A stretch of DNA of 64,000 nucleotides from an uncultured Cryomorphaceae bacterium (GTDB lineage: Bacteria > Bacteroidota > Bacteroidia > Flavobacteriales_D > Cryomorphaceae). Of this stretch, positions 49,003 through 57,073 are shown piece by piece. The stretch is taken from the NCBI GenBank assembly GCA_963741985.1, contig CAVUKD010000001.1:42916-106915 (forward strand), read 5' to 3'. Every line of letters starts with the position of its first letter. The stretch's first letter is position 1. Below the pieces are notes generated by a model that searched no databases, had not been told where the DNA came from, and worked only from the letters and a program-made list of their open reading frames with translations. Position numbers and translations under genes: made by a program.

Positions 49003-49741
49003 TCAATTTGTGGTACAAAACCAGCAATTTATCCGGTTTTACGCCGAGATAGTAAAGGGTAAAAATGATACCATTGGCCCAGTTGACGCGGACATATGAA
49101 TTCTCTTCATACTTACGGGCAGATACCAGAATATCATCATCGAGAAGGGTGAAATTGTTTTTCTTTTTAGCGCGACGAATGATGTCATAGTCTTCCATTA
49201 CAACATGATCAGTATCGTACCCGCCTATGGACTCAAAAAATGAATGTCGAATAAAAAGCGATTGGTCGCCACCGCGAAACAACATAAACGGGAAACGGGT
49301 GAAGTAAGAATTAATTCGAAGCATTCCTTTGTTATTGTCAAATTTGAAGCGAAAAGATCCGAATGATGCTCCATTTTCCACCGCACCCATTATTTTCTCA
49401 GCGTATCCCTTTGGCGGAAGAGTATCGGCATGCACGAAATAGAGAAGAGAAGCGGTGGCTTTTGCTGCGCCCTCATTGAGTTGTTTGGGACGCGACTTTT
49501 CATGAATGTTTAAGCATTTTGCCCCCAAATTGGCCGCTATTTCCAAGGTCGTATCTGTACTCCCGGCATCGGCTACGATAATCTCAATCGGAATTTTCGT
49601 TTCGCGCAAACGGTGAATGAGCCGAGCAATATGCCCAGCCTCGTTGAGAGTCGGAATAATTACCGAGATTTGATGAACAATTGGCTCGGTTATCGCTTTA
49701 TCTATATGTTCTGTAGAAAATCTATTCTGCACCTTAATCAC
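48983..49741 (-). CDS. Family 2 glycosyltransferase, TIGR04283 type
   Basis: ISVIIPTLNE, DAGSTD.T, QLNEGA, YFVHADT, GDQSLF, MEDYD and SARKY; true start uncertain. Confidence 0.82.
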   Translation of the reverse strand: MIKVQNRFSTEHIDKAITEPIVHQISVIIPTLNEAGHIARLIHRLRETKIPIEIIVADAGSTDTTLEIAANLGAKCLNIHEKSRPKQLNEGAAKATASLLYFVHADTLPPKGYAEKIMGAVENGASFGSFRFKFDNNKGMLRINSYFTRFPFMLFRGGDQSLFIRHSFFESIGGYDTDHVVMEDYDIIRRAKKKNNFTLLDDDILVSARKYEENSYVRVNWANGIIFTLYYLGVKPDKLLVLYHKLIKHPKA

Positions 49742-49777
49742 GTATCTTTACTACGACCTAAAATTAAATTCAGATTT

Positions 49778-50605
49778 ATGAAGAACCTACTTATAGTTTT
49801 GATCATTACTTTTTCTTCCTATGGATGCATGCAGGCAAACCAAGCCGGTGACAATAATAAGGGAAAAGTAGCGCAAACTTCTGAAAAAGCAGATAAAATG
49901 TCGGATAACAACTCGAGTCTCTCCAATCCTGTGGATCATAAATTGTGGGACGAGCTCTTGCACGCCCATGTTAACGACAAAGGATTGGTAGATTACCAAG
50001 GAATGATAGCGGACAGCACAAAGCTGAACAAATATCTCGACATGCTGAGTGTAAACCCACCGGATGAAGATATTTGGACAAAATCAGCGCAGCTCGCTTA
50101 TTGGATCAATGCCTACAATGCATTTACCGTCCAACTGATTATCCGCAACTATCCTGAAAAGTCCATCAAAGATTTGGCAGGAGGTATTCCTTTTGTAAAT
50201 ACTCCATGGGATATAAAATTTATCCACATCGGTGATAAAACCTACGATTTGAATAATCTTGAACACGGAATTATTCGCAAGCAATTTGATGAAGAACGGA
50301 TCCATTTTGCATTGGTGTGTGCCGCGATGTCGTGTCCGCCACTTCGAAATGAAGCCTACACTGCCGACAAACTCGATGCGCAGCTCAACGATCAGGCAAC
50401 GACTTTCTTCAACGATCCTGCGAAAAATAAAATTTCAAAAGACAAAGCCGAGATATCTCCTATTCTGAAATGGTACGGTGGCGATTTTAAGGACAAAGCT
50501 CCGAGCTTGCGTGCGTATGTGAATCAATACAGCAAAGTACAGATCAATCAAGGTGTTGATATTGGATTTACGGATTATAATTGGGAACTGAATGAGCAGA
50601 AGTAA
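49778..50605 (+). CDS. DUF547 domain lipoprotein
   Basis: Lipobox SSYGC; GLVDY, LAYWINAYNAFT, LNNLEH..IR...E.RIHFALVCAA.SCPPL and YNWELNE; start at ATG 49778. Confidence 0.9.
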   Translation: MKNLLIVLIITFSSYGCMQANQAGDNNKGKVAQTSEKADKMSDNNSSLSNPVDHKLWDELLHAHVNDKGLVDYQGMIADSTKLNKYLDMLSVNPPDEDIWTKSAQLAYWINAYNAFTVQLIIRNYPEKSIKDLAGGIPFVNTPWDIKFIHIGDKTYDLNNLEHGIIRKQFDEERIHFALVCAAMSCPPLRNEAYTADKLDAQLNDQATTFFNDPAKNKISKDKAEISPILKWYGGDFKDKAPSLRAYVNQYSKVQINQGVDIGFTDYNWELNEQK

Positions 50606-50739
50606 TTTTCGGCTGCAAGCTTTTAGCTGTAAACTGCAAGAATGCGGGGTACAGTTGAGTTAATTCGCCGCAAGAACTGTCAAGAGTCTCGAATCACAAG
50701 CCACGAGAAAAATGGAGATGGAAGCTAATAGCTAACCTC

Positions 50740-51327
50740 TCACTCCCCCAACCCTTTTCCGTTCAAAATATCCGGGATACTTTTCTCCACGCGTGAGGTG
50801 CGGGTTTTGGATTGTTTGGCTCCACCAAAATGAAGCAGGTATCCCCGCTTGCGTCCCGGAGTGAGTTCTTCGAAGGCTTTCTTGAGAATTGGCATCTCAT
50901 CAAGTTTTTCCTGAAACTCTTCTGGAATTTCATATTCGGAAGTCTTTTTCAAGTCAACTTTCAGTCCCGCTTTTTCTACTTCCACAGCTTCATATATGTA
51001 GGCTTTTAGTTTCGGTTTTAGATTCATTATTTCGCTTACTTCCGTAAAACGAATCTGGCGTGCAGATTGCACATTTTTGGTTTGCTGGATGAGCAGATCG
51101 TCGGTATCTTTTAACAATACCCCTTTGTGAAAAAGAATGGCGCAATATTCCTTGAATGCGTGGATTAGTAGAATATTGGAGTCGTGCCAGGTGTAACAAG
51201 GAACTCCCCATTTCAATTCTTCGGTTAGCCCGCAGTCGAGAATTATACTTCGTAATTTCTCCAATTCTTCCTGCCATTTTTTTGCTTTCGCAAAAAAGAA
51301 ATCAACTTTTGGATTCGCACCTTTCAT
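50740..51327 (-). CDS. YdeI/OmpD-associated family protein (DUF1801 + OmdA domains)
   Basis: EELKWGVPCY, LFHKGVLL, QSARQIRF, FEELTPGRKRGY and AKQSKTR.SRVEK. Confidence 0.88.
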   Translation of the reverse strand: MKGANPKVDFFFAKAKKWQEELEKLRSIILDCGLTEELKWGVPCYTWHDSNILLIHAFKEYCAILFHKGVLLKDTDDLLIQQTKNVQSARQIRFTEVSEIMNLKPKLKAYIYEAVEVEKAGLKVDLKKTSEYEIPEEFQEKLDEMPILKKAFEELTPGRKRGYLLHFGGAKQSKTRTSRVEKSIPDILNGKGLGE

Positions 51328-51485
51328 TTTATTGACTGTTTAGATTATAAGTTAAGAAGATCATGGTTAATGAATTTCCGTAGCATTGGCTGGAACGATT
51401 TGCTTGGTTCCTTTTGTGAAGGTTGAAATTTCCATAACGCTTTCTAACCTGAATGAATGATGCACTGATTTTTCAGCATCGCACG

Positions 51486-52421
51486 TCATCTCATCCACCT
51501 CTTTATTTCCCTTTTCGACATCTCCTGCGTAATAATCGAATCGGGTTGCACTCCGGTGTACATATTGCCTTGCTTCAATTGTTGGTTTTGCTGCTCCTTG
51601 GTACAAAAAACCAAAGGCACGCAGGCCATTTTCGCATTTAAGTCCAAACCATTCCTTGATTTTGTCTGTTCTGCATCATTGTAATAGACTATAAAGCGAA
51701 CGTGAAGGCCGGTAGTGTAATTGGCTCCGCCGGCAATGGCTATTGGATCGGAAGCTTCGACCTCCTGCCCGAGATGAACCAATGATTCGCTTAACACCTG
51801 ATATCTTGCAAAGGAGCAGTCTTGCTGGAATATTTCGATATAATTATCCTCGCTCGAATACACGTAACCGGAATACGCCAAACTCGAAGTGTCACGAACT
51901 CCACAAACCACACCCCGTCGGGCTGCAAATATAGTGTCGCCTTCCTCCATCTTAAATCCCACGGCGTAATAATCCTTCGGCTCAGGCGATCTATTGCTGA
52001 TTTTCAAATAATCTATGGGAAAGGTTTCTGTTATTCTGTCCTTGCCCACGGGCAGTAAATAATTGAAATTCATATCGATTTCGGGATCCATACAACCGGT
52101 GATATAGGCAATACTATATTGAAAACTGGAAGTCTGACTTGGATCGCCGGCCTCCAACGTAAAAAGATAGTTATTGCCGTGATGCACTTCGGTAAGGAAA
52201 GGTAATTGTATGCGCCACTTAAGGTTTTTTAATTCTTGAAAATTTACTTCAAGTGTATAGGTACAATAATTCTCGTTTTCACAATAAAATTTGTAATTAC
52301 CTCTACTATCCGCGTCGTACCTAACCGTGATGCCATCCTGGGCACAAGCGTTTTGGTACATTCCTTGAAAGATGAAGAGAAGAAAAAAATATTTTAGCTG
52401 GCTATGCTTATAAAATTCCAT
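51486..52421 (-). CDS. Exported M23/LytM-fold protein with degenerate zinc-binding motifs
   Basis: GDTIFAARRGVV, NYIEI.Q.D.SFARY..L....V..GQ.V....IA..G and GLHVRF match the LytM scaffold, but HxxxD and HxH are not intact. Confidence 0.65.
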   Translation of the reverse strand: MEFYKHSQLKYFFLLFIFQGMYQNACAQDGITVRYDADSRGNYKFYCENENYCTYTLEVNFQELKNLKWRIQLPFLTEVHHGNNYLFTLEAGDPSQTSSFQYSIAYITGCMDPEIDMNFNYLLPVGKDRITETFPIDYLKISNRSPEPKDYYAVGFKMEEGDTIFAARRGVVCGVRDTSSLAYSGYVYSSEDNYIEIFQQDCSFARYQVLSESLVHLGQEVEASDPIAIAGGANYTTGLHVRFIVYYNDAEQTKSRNGLDLNAKMACVPLVFCTKEQQNQQLKQGNMYTGVQPDSIITQEMSKREIKRWMR

Positions 52422-52717
52422 CGTCTGTGGGCACTTATGAGTTGCGAAGGTTTGGTGCTATTAATGGTTTTTTACAGAAGCACTATATATCACAAATCCA
52501 TCGCCATTTTGTGCTAACAATAATAAGAAAAATTGTAGAAATCGAAAAGATGAGTGATTTGATGGCAGAAGATTCTAATCTGAGACAATCAACTTTTTAA
52601 CTCCAGTTCCTTTCTCATTTTCCATCTGAAAGAAGTAAACTCCTTTCGGAAATTGACTCGGTTGGAGTTGTGCAATCCGGTTATCCAAATGTCCAAGTGA
52701 AAAATTCTAAACCCTTA

Positions 52718-53470
52718 TCAATTAATCAGAAAACCAAGCATAACCCCCAAACGATGTAAATCGGCCGAACCGGTGAAGCTGGTCCCACCTTCGAAAAGAC
52801 TAAATCCATACCCATATTCAGCTCCATCGAGATGCACATAGCGATAGGTGAGATTTAATTGAAATGCAAAATGGAGATTGTTATAGACGACAAGTCCTAT
52901 CCGGCCACCTAAAAAAGATCCTTTGTCGTAATTGTAGTTGTAGTACCAATTGTCAACATTGGTAGTGGATAGTGGTATCATGAAACCACCATTTACGCCC
53001 ACTATCGGACTGAATCGCTTATTTAGAATCTGGTAACTATAGTCGGCGTAAATGGGGATATACCAATTACCGGCGTATTTTTCCATGCCCAAACCGATTC
53101 CGGGATGATGGCCATTTATCTTGTACCCATTTATCATATCATAGGCAAATGTTGGTTGCAGATCGCCGTATTCGCTTCTGCCAAACTGGGGTCCGACCAA
53201 TGAATTGTGGAAATATCCTTTTGATTTTATCTCAAAATCCTTTTTAATGACTTCATTATCGGCTATGTTCATGCTACTAATGTTAGCGGCAATTACGGTA
53301 AGTATCCTTCCGTCTAAGAGTTTGATCGTGGCGTGATCTTCAGGAATATATTCCGTAACATTTCCCTTGTAAAAGGAACCGTCTTTCAGACTTATAATAT
53401 CGTACACTTCTTGCGCCCGCAGTGAAATAGTGCCAATACATAGCAGAACGAATGTGAATACGTGTTTCAT
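52718..53470 (-). CDS. Outer-membrane beta-barrel protein with small N-terminal beta domain
   Basis: Signal peptide ending RAQ; DIISLKDGS.YKG.V.E N-domain; amphipathic strands ending LGVMLGFLIN; starts immediately after the LVIVD gene stop. Confidence 0.65.
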   Translation of the reverse strand: MKHVFTFVLLCIGTISLRAQEVYDIISLKDGSFYKGNVTEYIPEDHATIKLLDGRILTVIAANISSMNIADNEVIKKDFEIKSKGYFHNSLVGPQFGRSEYGDLQPTFAYDMINGYKINGHHPGIGLGMEKYAGNWYIPIYADYSYQILNKRFSPIVGVNGGFMIPLSTTNVDNWYYNYNYDKGSFLGGRIGLVVYNNLHFAFQLNLTYRYVHLDGAEYGYGFSLFEGGTSFTGSADLHRLGVMLGFLIN

Positions 53471-54748
53471 TTAATGGGCAGGAATTAAACTGAGTTCTGA
53501 AATAGCATTGGGGTCGGAATAATCATATTGATAAATCCCCTCTTTAGCCGACATAATCAATACATGATTAAACGGAATGACATCGTACGTCTCAATATTT
53601 TGATAATGCGAAATCAGATGGTCGGTAATAGTCAAATCGTTCTCCGCATCAAAGACTTTCAGACCATCGGTACCGTCGCAAATAAATAAAGTATTGCCAT
53701 CGATGCCAATACCGTGTGGATTGGTCAGGTCGTATTGGGCAAGTTGAGTTGGCGCAGTGTAATCGGTAATATCTATAACCAAAAGCCCGTTGGTAAAGCC
53801 GCCACATCCGGTACCCGTACGAATAGTAGCGTAAGCCCGATTGCCTTGCACCGCCACGGGGTCACAAGAAGTGATATGCGATATCTGACTTACATATTCG
53901 GGTGCAGCAGGATTATTCAAATTATAAATAATCATCCCTGAAGAAGTACCGAGAAAAAGGTGGTTGTTGTAAGGAAAAATGGTTTCGGCGTTCCAACCTA
54001 CATTTGTCACCGAGCTCTGCTGTGGACAATTATTTCCCGAAAGGTCAAAGGAAGTAATGGATGACGGGCGAAGTACATAGAGATAATCGCCTGAAACCGT
54101 AAATTGCGCCATGCTGCCGCCCATTCCGTTTCCGGAAATATTGCCGACGGCGGTTCCAATTTCATTTAATCCTCCATTACTCCAAGCAATATCCTCGTAC
54201 ATATAACTCTGATAAGGTTGTGCATCGCGTGATATTTCTTGTTGCGTCCAACCTGTGATCACCCCTTTTGCAGGATCGATTCCGATAAAGGGCAGGCTTT
54301 CATCGTACCCTTTGACCATCGTCCAATTAGAGAAATCGAATGCATTAGGCACCCGGCACGATAAGGCAGGATGGGCGGGATCGCTGATATCAAAAGCCAG
54401 CAAATCATAATACGCATCGGCATAAAGTATATGGTTACGCACCGCAAGGTCCACGCAACCGGCTATGGAGAGAAAGGCCATATTCTGGGGTGATGATGGA
54501 TTGGCATTGTCGAAGATATGAATGCCTTCGCCTCTTTCTACAATGAAGAGATAATTCTGATAGATGTAAATCTTACCGGGCTCCCTTAGGTCGCGCGGAG
54601 TCTCGGCGGCAATATCCATGGCTCTCCAGGTTTCGAGCGACATATATTCTGGTACGTTGGCTTGGTAGGTTTCGGTGTATTTGTCAGTACAGCTCTGTAA
54701 AGAGCCAAGAATTAGGACAATCAAAAAGGTTAACGATAGGTTTTTCAT
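53471..54748 (-). CDS. LVIVD-repeat (beta-propeller) lipoprotein
   Basis: Lipobox LQSC; repeated G.HIFD..NP.SP, LLAFDISDPAHP, IYNLNNPAAP and VIDITD..P units; start reassigned to ATG 54748. Confidence 0.82.
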   Translation of the reverse strand: MKNLSLTFLIVLILGSLQSCTDKYTETYQANVPEYMSLETWRAMDIAAETPRDLREPGKIYIYQNYLFIVERGEGIHIFDNANPSSPQNMAFLSIAGCVDLAVRNHILYADAYYDLLAFDISDPAHPALSCRVPNAFDFSNWTMVKGYDESLPFIGIDPAKGVITGWTQQEISRDAQPYQSYMYEDIAWSNGGLNEIGTAVGNISGNGMGGSMAQFTVSGDYLYVLRPSSITSFDLSGNNCPQQSSVTNVGWNAETIFPYNNHLFLGTSSGMIIYNLNNPAAPEYVSQISHITSCDPVAVQGNRAYATIRTGTGCGGFTNGLLVIDITDYTAPTQLAQYDLTNPHGIGIDGNTLFICDGTDGLKVFDAENDLTITDHLISHYQNIETYDVIPFNHVLIMSAKEGIYQYDYSDPNAISELSLIPAH

Positions 54749-54774
54749 GGGTTGGGATGTTCGTTTGGTTTTAA

Positions 54775-54804
54775 GATGCATTTGAATAGAAAATGGTTGC
54801 ACGG
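54775..54804 (-). promoter_or_regulatory. Putative ECF sigma promoter (CCGTGCAACC-N15-GCATC) upstream of the LVIVD lipoprotein
   Basis: Minus strand reads ccgtgcaacc attttctattcaaat gcatc; same motif and spacing as upstream of the sigma gene. Confidence 0.65.
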
Positions 54805-54859
54805 CGTTCGATACTGACGCTGCGGTTAGCTTTAAAAATGCACTCACTAATTTTTTCTG

Positions 54860-54954
54860 CACGGTGAACACAGAGCGGTGTTTGACTAAAGGGTCAGAAT
54901 ATGTTTTTTGAGTTTTATTCTTTTCTCCGTAAATTTTTCTTTGTGACCTCTGTG
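54860..54954. repeat. Degenerate REP-like inverted repeat (CACRGWG.. units)
   Basis: Left arm CACGGTGAACACAGAG (54860-54875) matches the reverse complement of the right arm CTTTGTGACCTCTGTG (54939-54954) at 11 of 16 positions; a small internal hairpin lies between them. Confidence 0.45.
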
Positions 54955-54994
54955 TGAAGAGGTAGGCCCGTTCATTAACAGTAATCATAAACTC

Positions 54995-56431
54995 TTAAAA
55001 AGAGACCACAGCTCCAAATCGCAATCCGGGCCAGAGATTTTGTTGAGAGTAGAAGTTGGGATTGCTGGTGTAATAATACCGCAGGAGCGATCCTTCGGCG
55101 TAAAGTCCAAAATGCTTGGTAAATTTAAAAGTCATTCCTAGGCCGGTATAGATATTGGCCTGGTTGCCTTGTTCATTTTTATTGCTGGTATCAGTCCCTG
55201 TCAATTCTCCGTTCAGAAATGTTTTGGAAGTGGTTTGCTGCCAGATTTGAATATCGTATGCATTGCCCAGAGTGGTATATGCGGAGAATTTTGGTTTATG
55301 GATAAAATCAAATTTGAGATAGGCGGGTATGGACAAATACCGATTCTGTGACTCGATCTCTAAACTTTGTTGACCTCCATAGGTGTACTCTGAGGATTTC
55401 CGCATCTGCAGATATCCCAGCCCCGTGCCAACGGCGAGGCGTTGTAAAAATTCAATTTCTCCATTTACTCCGTAATAAACGGGTGTGGAATAGGTCACGG
55501 ATTCAGATAAAGCGGCAAATTCATTACTTACGCCGATTCCGACTGCTGTTCCGTCCGCATATGCAGAATAATCTGCATTGGTTTGATCGGTACTTCCGCC
55601 AAATGCCAGTTGAGAACCTGCCAGGATAGAATATTCGTTGGATGCCCGTTTTTCTGTACCGTCATAAAATGGAGAACTCTTCACCTTCTTGTCTGTAACT
55701 TCACTTTTTGCAAAAGAAACGGTTCTCACCTGTCCCACCAAAACGGCTTCCGCCAAATCTATCTGGATATCGGAATCAATTATGGAAATGGCTTGTGCCT
55801 CTAACAGCTCACTTTCTAGTGGAACCAATTGAGGATTCAGGAATGCAGTGGAATTATTCAATGGATGAGCTTCTTTCTTAACGCTTCGCAAATCTGCGAG
55901 AATTTGATCTTCTTTGCCATCCATTGGCATGGATGCCGATTTAAAAGCACTTTCACTCGAAAGTTCACTATTTTCCGTTTGGGGTGTCGTTTCCGCAAAA
56001 GCTGAATTAGAAGGTTTCTCACTTGGTTTTGACTCATTAGGTGTCGCCGTTGGAGTTCGTGTTTTTGCAGGTGTATTGGATTCTTTTTGGTTTTCGGTTT
56101 TCACTTGTTTTTCGGCAAGGGATTTATCCACAGTGGTTCCAGGATATTTTACGTAAGTGAAAACAGCCAGAAGGAGAATGGAAGCAGCGGCACCAATCCA
56201 CCACCAGGCCGCGGTGCGCCTACCCGAAGAAGGACGTAATACCGCATCGATACGATGCCACACATCCTTAGAAGGCTGTACCGCATAAGATGCAAACTTT
56301 CCACTCAGCAATCCCTTTGCATTTCCGTAAGGAATACCCGCAGAAATAGCCTCCCAATTGGAATCATCTACAGGGTAGGTATAGTTTTCGAACTTCCTGT
56401 TCAAGTCATTATTTTCAGATTGCCTGTTCAC
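54995..56431 (-). CDS. Putative anti-sigma factor fused through a TM helix and linker to an outer-membrane beta-barrel
   Basis: N-terminal K-F..Y...P....W..I motif twice; TM AAWWWIGAAASILLLAVF; S/T/E/P/K-rich linker; barrel strands ending LRFGAVVSF; GTG start at 56431 overlaps the sigma gene end. Confidence 0.7.
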   Translation of the reverse strand: MNRQSENNDLNRKFENYTYPVDDSNWEAISAGIPYGNAKGLLSGKFASYAVQPSKDVWHRIDAVLRPSSGRRTAAWWWIGAAASILLLAVFTYVKYPGTTVDKSLAEKQVKTENQKESNTPAKTRTPTATPNESKPSEKPSNSAFAETTPQTENSELSSESAFKSASMPMDGKEDQILADLRSVKKEAHPLNNSTAFLNPQLVPLESELLEAQAISIIDSDIQIDLAEAVLVGQVRTVSFAKSEVTDKKVKSSPFYDGTEKRASNEYSILAGSQLAFGGSTDQTNADYSAYADGTAVGIGVSNEFAALSESVTYSTPVYYGVNGEIEFLQRLAVGTGLGYLQMRKSSEYTYGGQQSLEIESQNRYLSIPAYLKFDFIHKPKFSAYTTLGNAYDIQIWQQTTSKTFLNGELTGTDTSNKNEQGNQANIYTGLGMTFKFTKHFGLYAEGSLLRYYYTSNPNFYSQQNLWPGLRFGAVVSF

Positions 56432-56963
56432 TTCTTTTTTTTTCGTTTTCAATCATTTCCCGCAACATAGCTTTGCTTCGACTGTATTGAGATTTACTTG
56501 TTCCTTCGTTGATGCCCAGTTGCTTTGCAATTTCGTGGTGTTTGTATCCTTCAATTGCGTAGAGGTTAAAAACGGTTCTAAATCCCATCGGCAGATTCTG
56601 TATTTTCTCCATCAGTTCATCTGCACTCATACTGCTCAGCACATCATCACTTACTTCTCTCAGATGCAGGTCGCTATTTTCAACACGCACCAGTTGCACG
56701 TTTTTATTTTCGCGAAAGCGTTGCAGAGCCACATTAATCATTATCCGCCGTATCCATCCGCCCAAAGGTCCCGATCCGGAATATGAATCGAGGTGATTGT
56801 AGACACGGATAAAGCCTTCCTGGAGAACATCTTCAGCGTCGGCAACGCAGGAACAATAACGCATGCACACACCCATCATCTGCGGAGAATGCAGTTGATA
56901 CAGTTTTTTCTGTGCACGGTAATCACCGCTTAAACACGCTTTCACCAGCGTTTTTTCATCCAT
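56415..56963 (-). CDS. ECF-type RNA polymerase sigma-70 factor
   Basis: DAEDVLQEGFI, WIRRIMIN, LP.GFRTVFNLYAIEGY.H.EIA..LGI.EGTSKSQYSR. Confidence 0.93.
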   Translation of the reverse strand: MDEKTLVKACLSGDYRAQKKLYQLHSPQMMGVCMRYCSCVADAEDVLQEGFIRVYNHLDSYSGSGPLGGWIRRIMINVALQRFRENKNVQLVRVENSDLHLREVSDDVLSSMSADELMEKIQNLPMGFRTVFNLYAIEGYKHHEIAKQLGINEGTSKSQYSRSKAMLREMIENEKKRSEQAI

Positions 56964-57010
56964 TGGTTTTTCTGAGGCCTTCAGTTGGTTTTTTATTCCA
57001 CTAAGGTAGT

Positions 57011-57040
57011 GATGCCGATTGGATCAAAAGGGTTGCACGG
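57011..57040 (-). promoter_or_regulatory. Putative autoregulatory ECF sigma promoter (CCGTGCAACC-N15-GCATC)
   Basis: Minus strand reads ccgtgcaacc cttttgatccaatcg gcatc, ending 47 nt before the sigma ATG. Confidence 0.65.
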
Positions 57041-57073
57041 TGGTGGAAAAAAATTAGAGGTTGGAGCTTGGTC

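Noticed and set aside
49613-49777. N-terminal extension of DUF547 overlapping the glycosyltransferase
   Set aside because: Antisense to the GT coding region; the lipoprotein signal starts at 49778.
50606-50739. AAGCT/TAGCT-rich short degenerate repeats between convergent DUF547 and YdeI genes
   Set aside because: No clean stem-loop with a U-tract and no regular period; too degenerate to call a terminator or repeat family.
54749-54988. 80-aa N-terminal extension of the LVIVD lipoprotein
   Set aside because: It runs through the REP-like element and the putative ECF promoter; the lipoprotein signal peptide starts at 54748.
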